Shown here: piece by piece, positions 1 through 10,986 of the stretch | Position numbering within the stretch: position 1 is the first letter of the stretch | Layout: every line of letters begins with the position of its first letter | Source of the DNA: Bdellovibrionales bacterium | GTDB taxonomy: Bacteria > Bdellovibrionota > Bdellovibrionia > Bdellovibrionales > UBA1609 | DNA length: 64,000 bases | Reading direction: 5' to 3' | Assembly: GCA_965219095.1 (NCBI GenBank) | Contig: CBDCMT010000001.1 | Location: 2,176,001-2,240,000, forward strand | Position numbers and translations under genes: made by a program | Notes under the pieces: generated by a model | The model's database searches: none | Told to the model about the DNA's origin: nothing | The model's input: the letters and a program-made list of their open reading frames with translations, nothing else

Positions 1-42
1 ACTTTGACAGTGCTGTTTAATAAAAATTGTCTTAATAGAGTA

Positions 43-1029
43 TATAGTGCTTCCGTTTAGTTTTTCAGTTTCCTAAGATAGAGAAGTTATCAGTTATCAA
101 AGTTTCTAATTTAGATCTGTGTTTTCGTATTCCTCTAAAAAATTGACTTAAACTTCCCTTGAAATCGTCATAGTTTTCATAATATCGATTCGCCGTGACC
201 TCTTTTTTCATAAACTTCCAAAGCCTTTCTATAGGATTTAAATTCGGTGAGTACGGAGGAAGATAAATAAGTTTTATATTCAACTCTTTCGCTAACTTCT
301 TGACAGACTTCGATCTATTGTATCCGGCCCCATCTAAGATAAGATGAATCTCTTTTTCATCGGAATACTTCTTAATGAATATGATAGAGCATATCATATA
401 GAAAAACTTCGTTAACTGTCTTATGACTCCTGACTACCGTCTTCAAACTATTGATCTCAATAGCTCCACAAACATTCACTCTTTTTCTCCAGCCTGAATT
501 GGTCTTCACTTCAAACTTCTTACCCTCTCTTATCCAACCATATGAAATCGTAGGGCCCCACTCAGGATGTGTGGAATCAGCAAAGTAAACAGGACCGTCT
601 TTCTTCTTAATTCTCTTGTCTGTGATGATGGAAAAATTCTTTTCTCTAATTCCTTTAAAAGCATTTTCTCCTCTTTCTTAGTTAAAAAGGACCTTTTAGG
701 GTTGTAATTGTCGTTGATTAAGCACTCTATCCCGCCTTTGTTATAACGATCTCTACAGGCTCTTATCGTGCCCTCATCAAGGAAAAGAAAACGGGAAATA
801 TCTTTACACAACTCACCTTTATCTAAATGGAGAATTGTCATAATCCTTTTTCCGTACCTAAGATTTCTTTCTAAAGATAGTTCATAGAGTAAATCTTTTC
901 GCTCTTTTTTTGATAGAAACCCTGACATATGAAACTATTTTTAAAAATAAATGACTTTTTATCAAGGCCTTAGAATAAAAACTAGACCTCAACTCAAAAA
1001 AAACGGAAAACCTAAACGGAAGCACTATA
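43..1029 (-). mobile_element. IS630-family element, internally deleted and frameshifted
   Basis: TIRs TATAGTGCTTCCGTTTAG.../...CTAAACGGAAGCACTATA; ORFs 65-397 (ILDGAGYN, LPPYSPNLNPIE) and 530-928 (HTH); about 155 bp shorter than the copy at 10985. Confidence 0.93.
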
Positions 1030-1049
1030 GATTAACCCAAAGACACACC

Positions 1050-1868
1050 TTAACTTTTATTAAGGTGTCTATCTATAATTTCCTTAAAACTATCAATAGG
1101 CCTTGCACCTGAAAGTCTTACCCCGTTGATTATAAAGGCAGGAGTTCCGTTAAAACCAAAACCATTAGCTTCTTTTTTATCTTCGTTAATAATATCTGCA
1201 ATTTTTTTAGATTTCATATCTTTCTTTGCTTTTGCTAAATTAGCTCTTACTTTTTTTACAGCACTATTTAAAAACTTAATAACATCTTCACGGCTTTTAT
1301 TAGGGTTGCGTAATGAGTTAGAATTATCAAAGACATAGTCATGAAATTTTTCAGCCTTATCAGATCCTTGTAAAGCCACAGCTTCATAATATTCAGCCAC
1401 TTTTCTTCCATACCTTTGATTAGGAAGATGCTTGTACAAGACTCTTACCTTATTTCCATAAACTTTTTTGATTTTCTTTATGGTCTGATAGGCTCTAGCA
1501 CAAAAAGTGCATTGAAAATCCGAATACTCCACAATAGTAATGGGTGCATTTTTTGGGCCGAAGATGGCACGTGAGGGGTCAATTTTAGGGTTTCTAGGGT
1601 TTTTAAAATCCTGTTCAAGTTTGTCTTTTTCTTTCTGAACTCGTTTTTCCATTTCTTCTTTTTGAGCTATTTGTTGCTGAGAGCTCATTGCATTTCTCAT
1701 TTTTTCGCTAAAAATAAATTTAGCAAAGCCTTGAGCATTTGTCTCTATAGCTTTTAAAACAAGGCTTGAATTTTGTATTAAAACTACAGTCAATCCTACA
1801 GAAACTGCAACAGACAACAATACTGATATAATAATTGTTACTAGGGTTTTTGAACTATTTTTTTCCAT
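1050..1868 (-). CDS. DsbA-family thioredoxin-fold oxidoreductase with N-terminal membrane anchor
   Basis: EYSDFQCTFC (CxxC) and GTPAFIING cis-Pro motifs. Confidence 0.9.
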   Translation of the reverse strand: MEKNSSKTLVTIIISVLLSVAVSVGLTVVLIQNSSLVLKAIETNAQGFAKFIFSEKMRNAMSSQQQIAQKEEMEKRVQKEKDKLEQDFKNPRNPKIDPSRAIFGPKNAPITIVEYSDFQCTFCARAYQTIKKIKKVYGNKVRVLYKHLPNQRYGRKVAEYYEAVALQGSDKAEKFHDYVFDNSNSLRNPNKSREDVIKFLNSAVKKVRANLAKAKKDMKSKKIADIINEDKKEANGFGFNGTPAFIINGVRLSGARPIDSFKEIIDRHLNKS

Positions 1869-2165
1869 AATGCTATACTCCTTTTTATCATTATTTTTTT
1901 ATTTTTTCTTTAATTTTCTATGAAACTTACAAATTTTGCAAGTCTTACTAAAGGCTAGTCTTTGCAGAAGAGCTTTTTTATGAAAATATTTGACACTTAT
2001 GTTTTTCTTCCTTAGCTGACTTCATAGCTAAAGGTAGTCTTTCAGAATCACAAATCAAATGATCTTATCAAATTATGACTTTCAGCCTAAAACCTGATCT
2101 TCAGAATTTATTCCCTTCTTATACCAATTACAGAAATTAATTCGATTCATAATAAGTTTCCTCGG

Positions 2166-2718
2166 TTGTTTAAGACAGGAGAGAGCCAAGCAGGAAAAGA
2201 AAACCAGGTATGGTGTTCGGATTTAACCTATATTCCTTTTAGAGATAAATTTCTGTATTTGGTTGTATTTTTAGATGTCTATAATCGAGAGATTAAGTCT
2301 TGGAAGCTCTGTGAGAGTTTGGACGGGATTCATTCAAAACAGGCTCTGAGAGCCGCAGTCCAATCTGTTTCTGGGAGCTTAGAGGGCTGATAGTCCACTC
2401 GGATCAAGGGGTTCAATACTGTTGTGAAGGGTTTGAGATAAGGAATTGAAATTCTTTGTCTTCAAGCAATCTATGTCTAGGGAGGGAAATTGTTATGATA
2501 ATGCGTTTGTGGAGAGCTTTTTCCATACGTTGAAGGATGAACTGGAATACAAAGACTGTACAACAAAGGAGGAGTTGGAGAAAAAAATTGCAATTTACAT
2601 GGATTGGTATAACAAGGTAAGAATGCATATTCTTCCTTGGAATACATGAGTCCAGAAGAATTTAAACAAAGGAGGCTTTAAGAACATAAAAACTGTCCAC
2701 TTTTTTGGAGGAAGATCA
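2166..2718 (+). pseudogene. IS3-family transposase remnant (integrase core) with right end
   Basis: WCSDLTYI, HSDQG, GNCYDNAFVESFFHTLKDE in broken frames; end CTGTCCACTTTTTTGGAGGAAGATCA. Confidence 0.88.
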
Positions 2719-3267
2719 AGAGAATTAAGAAGAAAGGCGGTCTTGTTTACTTTGCTGATTCCACACATCCTGAGTGGGGTCCTACGATTTCATATGGTTG
2801 GATAGAAGTGAAGACCAATTCAGGCTGAAGAAAAAGAGTGAATGTTTGTGGAGCTATTGAGATCAATAGTTTGAAGACGGTAGTCAGGAGTCATAAGACA
2901 GTTAACCATGTTTCCATATGTGATATGCTCCATCATATTCATTAAGAAGTATTCCGATGAAAAAGAGATTCATCTTATCTTAGATGGGGCCGGATACAAT
3001 AGATCGAAGTCTGTCAAGAAGTTAGTGAAAGAGTTGAATATAAAACTTGTTTATCTTCCTCCGTACTCACCGAATTTAAATCCTATAGAAAGGCTTTGGA
3101 AGTTTATGAAAAAAGAGGTCACGGCGAATCGATATTATGAAAACTATGACGATTTCAAGGGAAGTTTAAGTCAATTTTTTAGAGGAATACGAAAACACAG
3201 GCCTAAATTAGAAACTTTGATAACTTCTCCATCTTAGGAACCTGAAAACCTAAACGGAAGCACTATA
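2719..3267 (+). mobile_element. IS630-family 3' partial copy
   Basis: Near identical to 43-1029 in opposite orientation; ends with TIR ...AAACGGAAGCACTATA. Confidence 0.92.
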
Positions 3268-4150
3268 TCATATCAATTTATGTTCTTGTCGATGATTTTT
3301 TAACCCCTCTCATACAGCAGCACCCAGAACTGGTTCCCAAAAATAAAGGAGGTTTTTCTTGTGCTATGTCTCCCAGCGAAATTGTCACTCTTTATCTTAC
3401 TTTTCCAAAGTTCTGGCTTTAGGAATTTTAAAGCCTTTTACCAGTTTGCAAAAGTCTATCTTAAATCTTATTTTCCTAAAATGTTGTCTTACTCCCGATT
3501 TGTGAACATCAAAAAAGACATGGCTTTTTTGATGTTTCTTTTCTTGACAAGCCTTATGAGTAAAACCATCGGCATATCATTTATTGATTCCACATCGATT
3601 GCTGTCTGCAAAAATAAAAGAATAGGACGAAATAAGGTGTTCTAAAAGTTAGCTAAAAAGAGGCAAAAGTAGTATGGGCTGGTTCTTCGGATTTAAACTC
3701 CATATTGTTATCAATCACCTAGGAGAACTTTTAAGTTTTACCTTAACTCCGGGAAATGTAGATGATCGAAAGCTAAGTTATGGATTTATAGTAAAGGGTT
3801 GGTGGAAAAACTCTTTGGGGACAGAGGTTATATTTCATCAGACCTTTTCAAAAAGCTTTTAAAGAAGGGAGTTAAGCTTATTACAAACGTCAAATTAAAT
3901 ATGAAGAATAAATTGATTCCCTTATTTGACAAGTTGATGTTGAAAAAACGTTCTGTTGTGGAGGTCAGTGATTGGAGTGTTAAAAGGAGAGTTTCATCTT
4001 GAGCATTCTCGCCATCGTAGCCCACAAAACTTTGTCATCAATCTTTTAGGTACTCTCATCTCCTATTGCTTAAAACCTAAAAAACCCTCCATTCAACTTA
4101 AAACTCAAAACAGGAGCTTCTGAACAATATATAAAAGTCGAAACTCGGGT
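3268..4150 (+). pseudogene. IS982-family transposase pseudogene with right TIR
   Basis: FIDSTSIAVC, GWFFGFKLH, GNVDDR, GDRGYIS motifs over three frames; end AAAAGTCGAAACTCGGGT. Confidence 0.9.
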
Positions 4151-4647
4151 TATTACAAGTCAGCCGTATGGAAAAAAGCATCCTCATTAAGGTTAAAAAC
4201 TTTCGTAGGTCCTTAAACTTTCATGAGTCCCTATCAAAAAAAGAAGATAAGTTATGTTTTTATACACTCTTCAAAGAAGGCTAGGAACCGATCTCCTTTA
4301 GTATACAGGTTACAAAACTAGCCGGTTTTTCCGATCAAGTTATAGAAAAACAAAAAAATCTTTTCTTTTTTAAAAAAAACTCTAATTCATGAAAAAAAGT
4401 GCTACAACATAGCACAAAAAAGTCTTCAAATCCTTTTTAGTGTAAGAACACAATATTTTTAGAGGCTTTTGAGCATCTGAATCTCAAGTCAACAACTCTC
4501 TTAGAAGCTTAATTGGCTTGGAAAACGGCAATGAAAACAAAAAAATAGTCACATGGTCTAGGTTTTTAGTATTTTTTTAAAATTCACTTGTACTCTCTTA
4601 TAAAGGCTGACAGACTTCTAAGTAAGGAAGTATTTTAAAAATAAACA

Positions 4648-5073
4648 ATGAAACAGGGAGAGGCAAGGATGCTTAAACAGTTTTTAATAAAAGAGGGTCT
4701 TTCTAAAAGAGAGTCAGAAGTAGCAGAATTAGTAACAAAAGGTCTATCAAATAAGGAAGTTGCTGATCAACTTTATGTTACTGAAAAAACAGTCAAATTT
4801 CACCTTACAAATATTTATAAGAAGATGAATCTTAAGTCGAGAGCTCAGTTGATTGTCTGGTGCTTACCTAAGATGGTCTTTATAGAAGATAAAAAAGCTC
4901 ATCAGACTCAAACACAACCTTCTGATATAAGACCTACAACAAGTTCTCATACCATCACAGATAGCACTGCTAATGTAAATGACAACACCATTCCAGCTGG
5001 ATACAAAACGGTTTCAGATCCAGAAACCCCTCCTTTTGATAAGGGAAGTTCTGATCTAGATTCTTCATTTTAA
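4648..5073 (+). CDS. Solo LuxR-type HTH transcriptional regulator (start may be 4669)
   Basis: LSKRESEVAELVTKGLSNKEVADQLYVTEKTVKFHLTNIYKKM; low-complexity tail. Confidence 0.9.
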   Translation: MKQGEARMLKQFLIKEGLSKRESEVAELVTKGLSNKEVADQLYVTEKTVKFHLTNIYKKMNLKSRAQLIVWCLPKMVFIEDKKAHQTQTQPSDIRPTTSSHTITDSTANVNDNTIPAGYKTVSDPETPPFDKGSSDLDSSF

Positions 5074-5113
5074 CAAGTAACCTGGAGTTTAAGTTTTTCT
5101 TTTTTAAGTAAGT

Positions 5114-5611
5114 ATGAAGGGTAATTTCGTATCTTACTCTCAGGTCATAATGACTGAGCTTATCCTTCCTGTTCATGCTAATCAACTAGGGACTGTTTTT
5201 GGAGGAGCCATTGTTTCTTGGGTTGATATTTGTGGTGCTATATGTGCAAGAAGGCATAGTCTAAGTGATGTTGTCACAGCTTCTATTGATGAGTTTCACT
5301 TTATAAAACCAGCCTATATTGGCTGGATTTTAAATTTGAAGGCAAGTCTTAATTATTCAGGTCGTACATCCATGGAAGTAGGTGTGCGTGCAACAGCTGA
5401 AGATCCTCAAACTCAAACTTATCACCATATTGCTTCTTCTTACTTAACTTTTGTAGCTATTGGAAAAAAAGGAAGCCCTAAGAAAATTCCTCCCTTGATT
5501 TTAAAAACCGATGTAGAAAAAAGACGCTATGATGAAGCGATCATTCGTCGTACCTCTCGTCTTAAAAAAAGAAAAGAAATACAAAAAAGAAGAGGGAACT
5601 TTGTCCCATAA
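5114..5611 (+). CDS. Acyl-CoA thioesterase (hotdog fold, YciA-like)
   Basis: HANQLGTVFGG, VVTASID, GRTSMEVGV. Confidence 0.92.
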   Translation: MKGNFVSYSQVIMTELILPVHANQLGTVFGGAIVSWVDICGAICARRHSLSDVVTASIDEFHFIKPAYIGWILNLKASLNYSGRTSMEVGVRATAEDPQTQTYHHIASSYLTFVAIGKKGSPKKIPPLILKTDVEKRRYDEAIIRRTSRLKKRKEIQKRRGNFVP

Positions 5612-5764
5612 AAAGGGAATTGTTTAACAAGGTCCTTAGGGGATAAACAGTTTGATGGCTAGTGTTCTGAGCAGTAATTTTTTCACAATTTTCAAGTCTT
5701 TAATCCAGGTCATTTTGTTAAATTATTTTTATGTTAAAAAGAATAAAGGTGAAATGCTTAGAGT

Positions 5765-5851
5765 TATACCATTTCCAAAAATTAATTCGACATTCTTTTA
5801 ACGCATAGCCTCCTGGCTTTTTAATCAAACTCTGTTAAATTTTTAGAGTGT
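5765..5851 (-). repeat. End fragment of an IS630-derived MITE
   Basis: TATACCATTTCCAAAAATTAATTCGACA; reverse complement of ~15417-15503 and ~24673-24758. Confidence 0.8.
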
Positions 5852-5936
5852 CTATCAAAAAGTATGTCAAGAAAAAACACTTCTCCATTTACAAAAAATA
5901 TAAAAAATTTTTTTTGCATACGGTCACGAATATTCT
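5849..5936 (+). repeat. 88-bp TGT-starting transposon-end-like repeat (inverted partner at 15095-15182)
   Basis: TGTCTATCAAAAAGTATGTCAAG...CACGAATATTCT is the reverse complement of 15095-15182. Confidence 0.85.
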
Positions 5937-5983
5937 AGGGCGTGTCCTCATTTGACTGTCCGCAGAAACAGGGGAAGTTCATT

Positions 5984-7876
5984 CCTGAGTTTGCCCTTTC
6001 ATTAAAAAAACACCTTCAGATCGAAAACAATGCAGTTTCAGGTCTTTTTTCTTTAAGTTTATAATATGTCAGGTAATGTGCAATTATATAACTTGGAGAA
6101 AAAAGAGGGAGGGATTTTTTATGTTCATGGCTTGTCCTAAAAGAAAAGATGGAAATATTGTGGTTAGGCTGATTGTATCCTATAGAAAGGAGGGTAAACC
6201 TAAATCCAAAATAGTTAAAACTATCGGTCAATCTAAAGATCCTAAAGCTGTAGAGCGGTATAAAAAGATAGCTAAAGAATTAATTGAAAAAGAAAAAAAG
6301 GGACTTGTTTCAATAGAGGGTGCTATTCGTAATAAGATTACAGTAAATCTTTCAGATGTAGACAATGAAGAGCGTCGTAATAATGGCTTTAATGACATTC
6401 TAGGTTTTACTTACCAACAGTTGGGTTTTAATGATCTCATCCAAGCAGGAAGAGATCCTAAAAAGCTCAATGCTATTTTAAAGAATCTAGTTTTGATGAG
6501 AGTTTTTGATCCATCAAGTAAATTAAAAAGTTCCTATTTACTTGAGGAGCATTTTGGTAAAAATATAACTCTCAAACAAATTTTAAATTTGATGGATCAC
6601 ATATCAGATCAGGAAGAAAACATTAGGGATAGAATTTCTCAAGTTATTCTTAATGGGGAAAAGAGCTTAGACATTGTCCTTTTTGATGTAACGACCTTGG
6701 CCTTTGAAAGTGTTGTTCCCACGGACTTATTAGATTTTGGTTACAGCAAAGATGGTAAACCTGGAGAGGTTCAAGTTGTTTTAGCTGTTTTATCGAATCA
6801 GAAGGGTTTGCCTATAAGTTATGAATTATTTGCTGGCAACACTTCAGAGTTTGAGACCTTTGAATCAATGATTAAGGGGGTTTCTAGGAAGTATAACCTT
6901 AGAAAGATAAGGGTTATAGCAGACCGAGGTTTGTTTTCCAATAGTAATCTTGAAGCTTTAGAGGGGTTAAATTCAGAGGGAATCAAGGCTGAGTACATTG
7001 TTTCTTGTCCCTTAAAAAAACTTCCTAAATCTCTTAAGGACAGTATTTTGAATAAGAGTAATTACAAAGATGATGGTACAGAAGGCTCTAAAATCTTATA
7101 CCATGAGGTTGAGTATAATAACCGACGAATTATTATAAGTTACAGTGAGAAACGTGGGCGACATGATATAAAAAAAAGGGAACGTGCTGTAGAAAAGCTA
7201 AAGGAGTTAGAAAAAGATGGAAAGATTAAAAGTTCTAAGCTGATAAAAGGTGGAGGGAAAAATAAATATATACAAAAAGTTCGTGGGGACACAAAGATTG
7301 ATTGGAAAAAAGTGGAGCAAGACGCCTTGTGGGATGGTCTATATGGAGTTTGTACAAATTTAAAATCAGAGTCTGTTCATGCCATTTGTGAGGCCCGCTA
7401 CAATCTTTGGCGAATTGAAGAGCTGTTTCGGATTAACAAACATAATTTAAAAATGCGACCCATATATCATAGAAAAACTCAAAGAATAAGATCACACATA
7501 GCTATTTGTTTTTTAGCTTATGTGGTTCTGAGAAGTACAGAAATAACTTTAAAAGAAGCAGGGGTGAATATTAGCTCCCAAGAGCTTATTGAGACTCTTA
7601 AGGATGTAGAAACTAATATTATTCGAAATAGAGTAAAAGTTCCCTCTAAAGCTTATGGCCTTCCTCGTAAGTTATCTGCAAAGGCTAAGAAAATTTATAA
7701 GCTCTTTGGAAAGGAGTTTCCTGAAAGAGCCTATGAAATAACATAATTGTGAATATTTATTGGAGAGCTTTTGGTATGTAGAAAAATGTAGTATGTCTTT
7801 TTCATTGGAACAGTGCATAAACCTAGTTATTTCAGGTACTTAAAGTAATAGCTAAATTTGAAAGGGCAAACTCAGG
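5984..7876 (+). mobile_element. IS1634-family element, apparently intact
   Basis: TIRs CCTGAGTTTGCCCTTTCA / TGAAAGGGCAAACTCAGG; no target duplication seen. Confidence 0.92.
6076..7746 (+). CDS. IS1634 DDE transposase (start probably 6121)
   Basis: LFDVTTLAFE, GYSKDGK, IADRG, WRIEELFR...LKMRPIYH. Confidence 0.93.
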   Translation: MCNYITWRKKREGFFMFMACPKRKDGNIVVRLIVSYRKEGKPKSKIVKTIGQSKDPKAVERYKKIAKELIEKEKKGLVSIEGAIRNKITVNLSDVDNEERRNNGFNDILGFTYQQLGFNDLIQAGRDPKKLNAILKNLVLMRVFDPSSKLKSSYLLEEHFGKNITLKQILNLMDHISDQEENIRDRISQVILNGEKSLDIVLFDVTTLAFESVVPTDLLDFGYSKDGKPGEVQVVLAVLSNQKGLPISYELFAGNTSEFETFESMIKGVSRKYNLRKIRVIADRGLFSNSNLEALEGLNSEGIKAEYIVSCPLKKLPKSLKDSILNKSNYKDDGTEGSKILYHEVEYNNRRIIISYSEKRGRHDIKKRERAVEKLKELEKDGKIKSSKLIKGGGKNKYIQKVRGDTKIDWKKVEQDALWDGLYGVCTNLKSESVHAICEARYNLWRIEELFRINKHNLKMRPIYHRKTQRIRSHIAICFLAYVVLRSTEITLKEAGVNISSQELIETLKDVETNIIRNRVKVPSKAYGLPRKLSAKAKKIYKLFGKEFPERAYEIT

Positions 7877-8760
7877 AATAACTGATCTTTAAGCTGTGGG
7901 CTAGAGTAATGAGAGTTGGTAGTTACGCCTTTTTGAATATCTGATGTAGTCTCATGCTTTTTTTTTAGAAATTGATTTAAGTCTTTTTGTGTTTTTATGA
8001 CAGCATTTTCAGGTATCTTTGTATGATCTGGTATGTTTAACTCATTTCCGATAAAACAAAATTTTCCTATTTTTACGTTTTCTCCCACTTTAGTATTTTT
8101 TCCAATTATAGCTTGATAACCAATGAGGGAGTTTTTTTTAACATGAACTCCTGCATAGATTTGGGCTCTTTGTTGTATGAAGCAGTGATTTTCAATATGA
8201 ACCCCAGGCCCTAAGCCAGCAAAACCTCCTATGAGAACATAATCCCCAATGGTTATAGGATAAGTCATAAGAGTTTTTGTTTTAGGAAATAGGGTTGTGG
8301 CAAGAATAGCATCTTCTCCAATAAGGCTTTCTTTTCCAATAGAGACAAAATAAGGCTCAAAAATTTTTACACTGGATGTAATCCATGAACTAGGGTGGAT
8401 TTTAGCTTGAAAGGTGCGTAAAATAAGAAAACGGATAGGATCTGAAATAAAAAAAAGTTTTTGGAAGAATAAAGCATAAACTCCGTAAAGATTTCTTTTC
8501 AAACCCCATTGAAGCATAAGAAGAGAATTGAAATTATCATATTCTCCTGGAGAAGGTTTTTTAATAAGATAATTTAAAACCCCATAAAAGGCCAGTAAGA
8601 AAAAAGGAGACATAACAAAAGCTAAAGGCACAGCCCACAGGAGGTTTTCGGAAAAGAGCATAAGAGATAAATAGAAAGGTAGCCAGAGTACCAGGAAGGT
8701 AAGAAATAAAAGAACTAGGAATAGGCTTACACATAAAAATGACACACAAAGATCATACAC
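7852..8760 (-). CDS. Membrane-anchored hexapeptide-repeat (left-handed beta-helix) acyltransferase, copy A; last 7 aa come from the IS1634 end
   Basis: Hexapeptide repeats (ITIGDYVLIG, IIGKNTKVGENVKIG); identical to 20289-21176 up to LKDQLF. Confidence 0.78.
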   Translation of the reverse strand: MYDLCVSFLCVSLFLVLLFLTFLVLWLPFYLSLMLFSENLLWAVPLAFVMSPFFLLAFYGVLNYLIKKPSPGEYDNFNSLLMLQWGLKRNLYGVYALFFQKLFFISDPIRFLILRTFQAKIHPSSWITSSVKIFEPYFVSIGKESLIGEDAILATTLFPKTKTLMTYPITIGDYVLIGGFAGLGPGVHIENHCFIQQRAQIYAGVHVKKNSLIGYQAIIGKNTKVGENVKIGKFCFIGNELNIPDHTKIPENAVIKTQKDLNQFLKKKHETTSDIQKGVTTNSHYSSPQLKDQLFLSLPFQI

Positions 8761-10967
8761 AAGGATTTTTTATATTGTATAGATTTTTTTTTATTGACTT
8801 ATAGGCAGTCCTTTTTTAGACTTACGCACAATACCTATGTCTAGTTTAGAAGAAAATCCCTTACTCATACCCTCAAACCTGAAAAAAGGTGCTGTGCGTT
8901 TTGATAAGATTAAAGCAGAACACTTTATGCCTGCCCTTGAGCAGTTGTGCAAGGAGGCTCAAGTAAAATTTTTAAAAATTATGGAACATAAAAAAAAGCC
9001 CAGCTATGAAAACACCATTAAACCTTACGACCAAATTATTCACTCTTTTGATATAATTTCTGGAGTTTTCTATCAACTGTACGCAGCTGCTAATTCTTCT
9101 GAACTTTCTGAAATCATGCTTTCTTTCACTTCAGGTCTACAAAAAATGTTCCTTACAATAAAGAATCCTCAGTTTTTTAAAAGGGTAGAGGCTATTTATA
9201 AAGATGAAATGGAAAGAAACTCCTTAAACCATGAAGAACTTCGCTATTTAGATTTACTCTATGAGAGATTAGCTTTCGAAGGAGCTCTGCTTTCAGAAGA
9301 AAGCTGTAAAAAACTTATGGATACAAACGATGAAATAGAACTTTTAGGCAAGAAGTTTTTTCAAAACATAATTGAGTTTCGAGAAAGGTTTCGGTTTCAG
9401 GTAACTGATAAAGAAGCTCTAGAAGGCATTCCTGAAGGCTATGTTTTAGAAGCTAAAAGATTAGCAGAAAAGGAAAAAGAAGAAGGCTGGATTTTTACTT
9501 CTTTAGAGACAAGCTATTTACCTTTTCTAGCTTATTGCAAAAGAAGAGAGCTAAGAGAAAAGTTTTTTAAAATTATGTCCTTCCGAAACTATAATGGTGA
9601 ACTTGACAATTCTGAAATTGTACTCAAAATCATTGATTTGAGATTAAAAAAAGCTAAGCTTTTAGGTTTTTCAAATTACTCTGAATATAAGCTCAGAGAA
9701 AGTATGGCAAAATCCCCTCATAACGTGACTTCATTTTTGGAAAATCTATTAAAAGTTTTTCGTCCTAAAGCTTTAAAAGAACTCAAAGAGGTGAAAGACT
9801 TAGCTTTAAAAGAAGATGGCATTGAAGATTTTCAGTATTGGGATTTAGACTATTATTCAGAAAAACTAATGAAAAAGAAATTTGATATGAACACTCAAGA
9901 ACTAGGAAAACTAAGAGAGTACTTCCCTTTAGAGAAGAGCTTAAAGGGGCTTTTTGAACATGCTAAGAGGCTCTATGATTTAGAATTCAAAAAAACGAAA
10001 AACTATCCTGTCTACGAAGAAACTGTGAAAGTTTATGAAGTTTATCGTAAAGGTGATTATAGAGGGCTTCTTTATTTGGATTTATTCTCAAGAAATAAAA
10101 AATCACAAGGAGCTTGGGCGATTCGCTTTAAACCACAAGGAAGTGATTTTTTAGGAACGAGAAGTTTTTGTCATGCTGTGATTTGCTGTAATTTTTCCAA
10201 ACCTAATAAGGATAAACCTAGTCTTCTTACATTAGATGATGTGCGAATTCTTTTTCATGAGTTTGGTCATGCTCTTCATAATATTTTGTCTGATTGCAAA
10301 ATGAGTTCTCTTTCAGGCAGTTCTGTTTTTATAGATTTTATAGAACTTCCTTCTCAAATTATGGAAAACTGGATTTATGAAAAAGAAAGCTTACAGCTTA
10401 TCTCAGAACATTATGAAACAGCAAAACCCTTGCCTGATGATTTGTTCGAAAAAGTTAAAGGTCAATTACAGTTTCAATCCGGTATATATTGTTTAAGGGA
10501 ACTTTCTTTGGGACTTCTAGATATGGCTTGGCATAATCTTTCTGATTTACCCGATATTTCACTTTTAGAATTTGAAGCTAAAGCAACAAAAAAAGCTCAG
10601 TTATTAGCTCCTTTAGAAAAATCTTTTTTTCCCCTCCATTCCCCCCATTTCTTTTATATATTTTCTGGAGGCCATGATTCAGCATACTACGGCTATAAAT
10701 GGGCTGAAGTTTTAGGTGCAGATGCTTATAAAATGTTTCAAGAAGAGGGGATTTTCAACAAGGAAGTGGCTGAAAGGTTTAGAGATTCTATTTTAAGTCG
10801 AGGCAATACAGAAGATCCTTTAACTCTTTATAAAAGATTTAGAAAAAGAGAGCCTGATATAAGTGCTTTTTTAGAAAGAAAAAGTTTAGTTTTAGAAAAA
10901 AAGCCTCTTAAAAAAGTTTCTGAAAAGACAAATTAGTTGCAACATAACTGACTTTTTCCATATAATA
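7877..10967. repeat. 3.1-kb inverted duplication of 18094-21172
   Basis: Reverse-complement match with breakpoints at the IS1634 TIR (7876) and an IS982 TIR (10968). Confidence 0.95.
8837..10936 (+). CDS. M3A-family zinc metallopeptidase (oligopeptidase A/Dcp-like), diverged copy A
   Basis: HEFGH, [19 protein letters not shown]. Confidence 0.95.
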   Translation: [699 protein letters not shown]

Positions 10968-10986
10968 ACCCGAGTTTCGACTTTTA
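10968..10986 (-). mobile_element. IS982 terminal repeat stub, interrupted by IS630
   Basis: ACCCGAGTTTCGACTTTTA is the reverse complement of 4132-4150. Confidence 0.8.
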
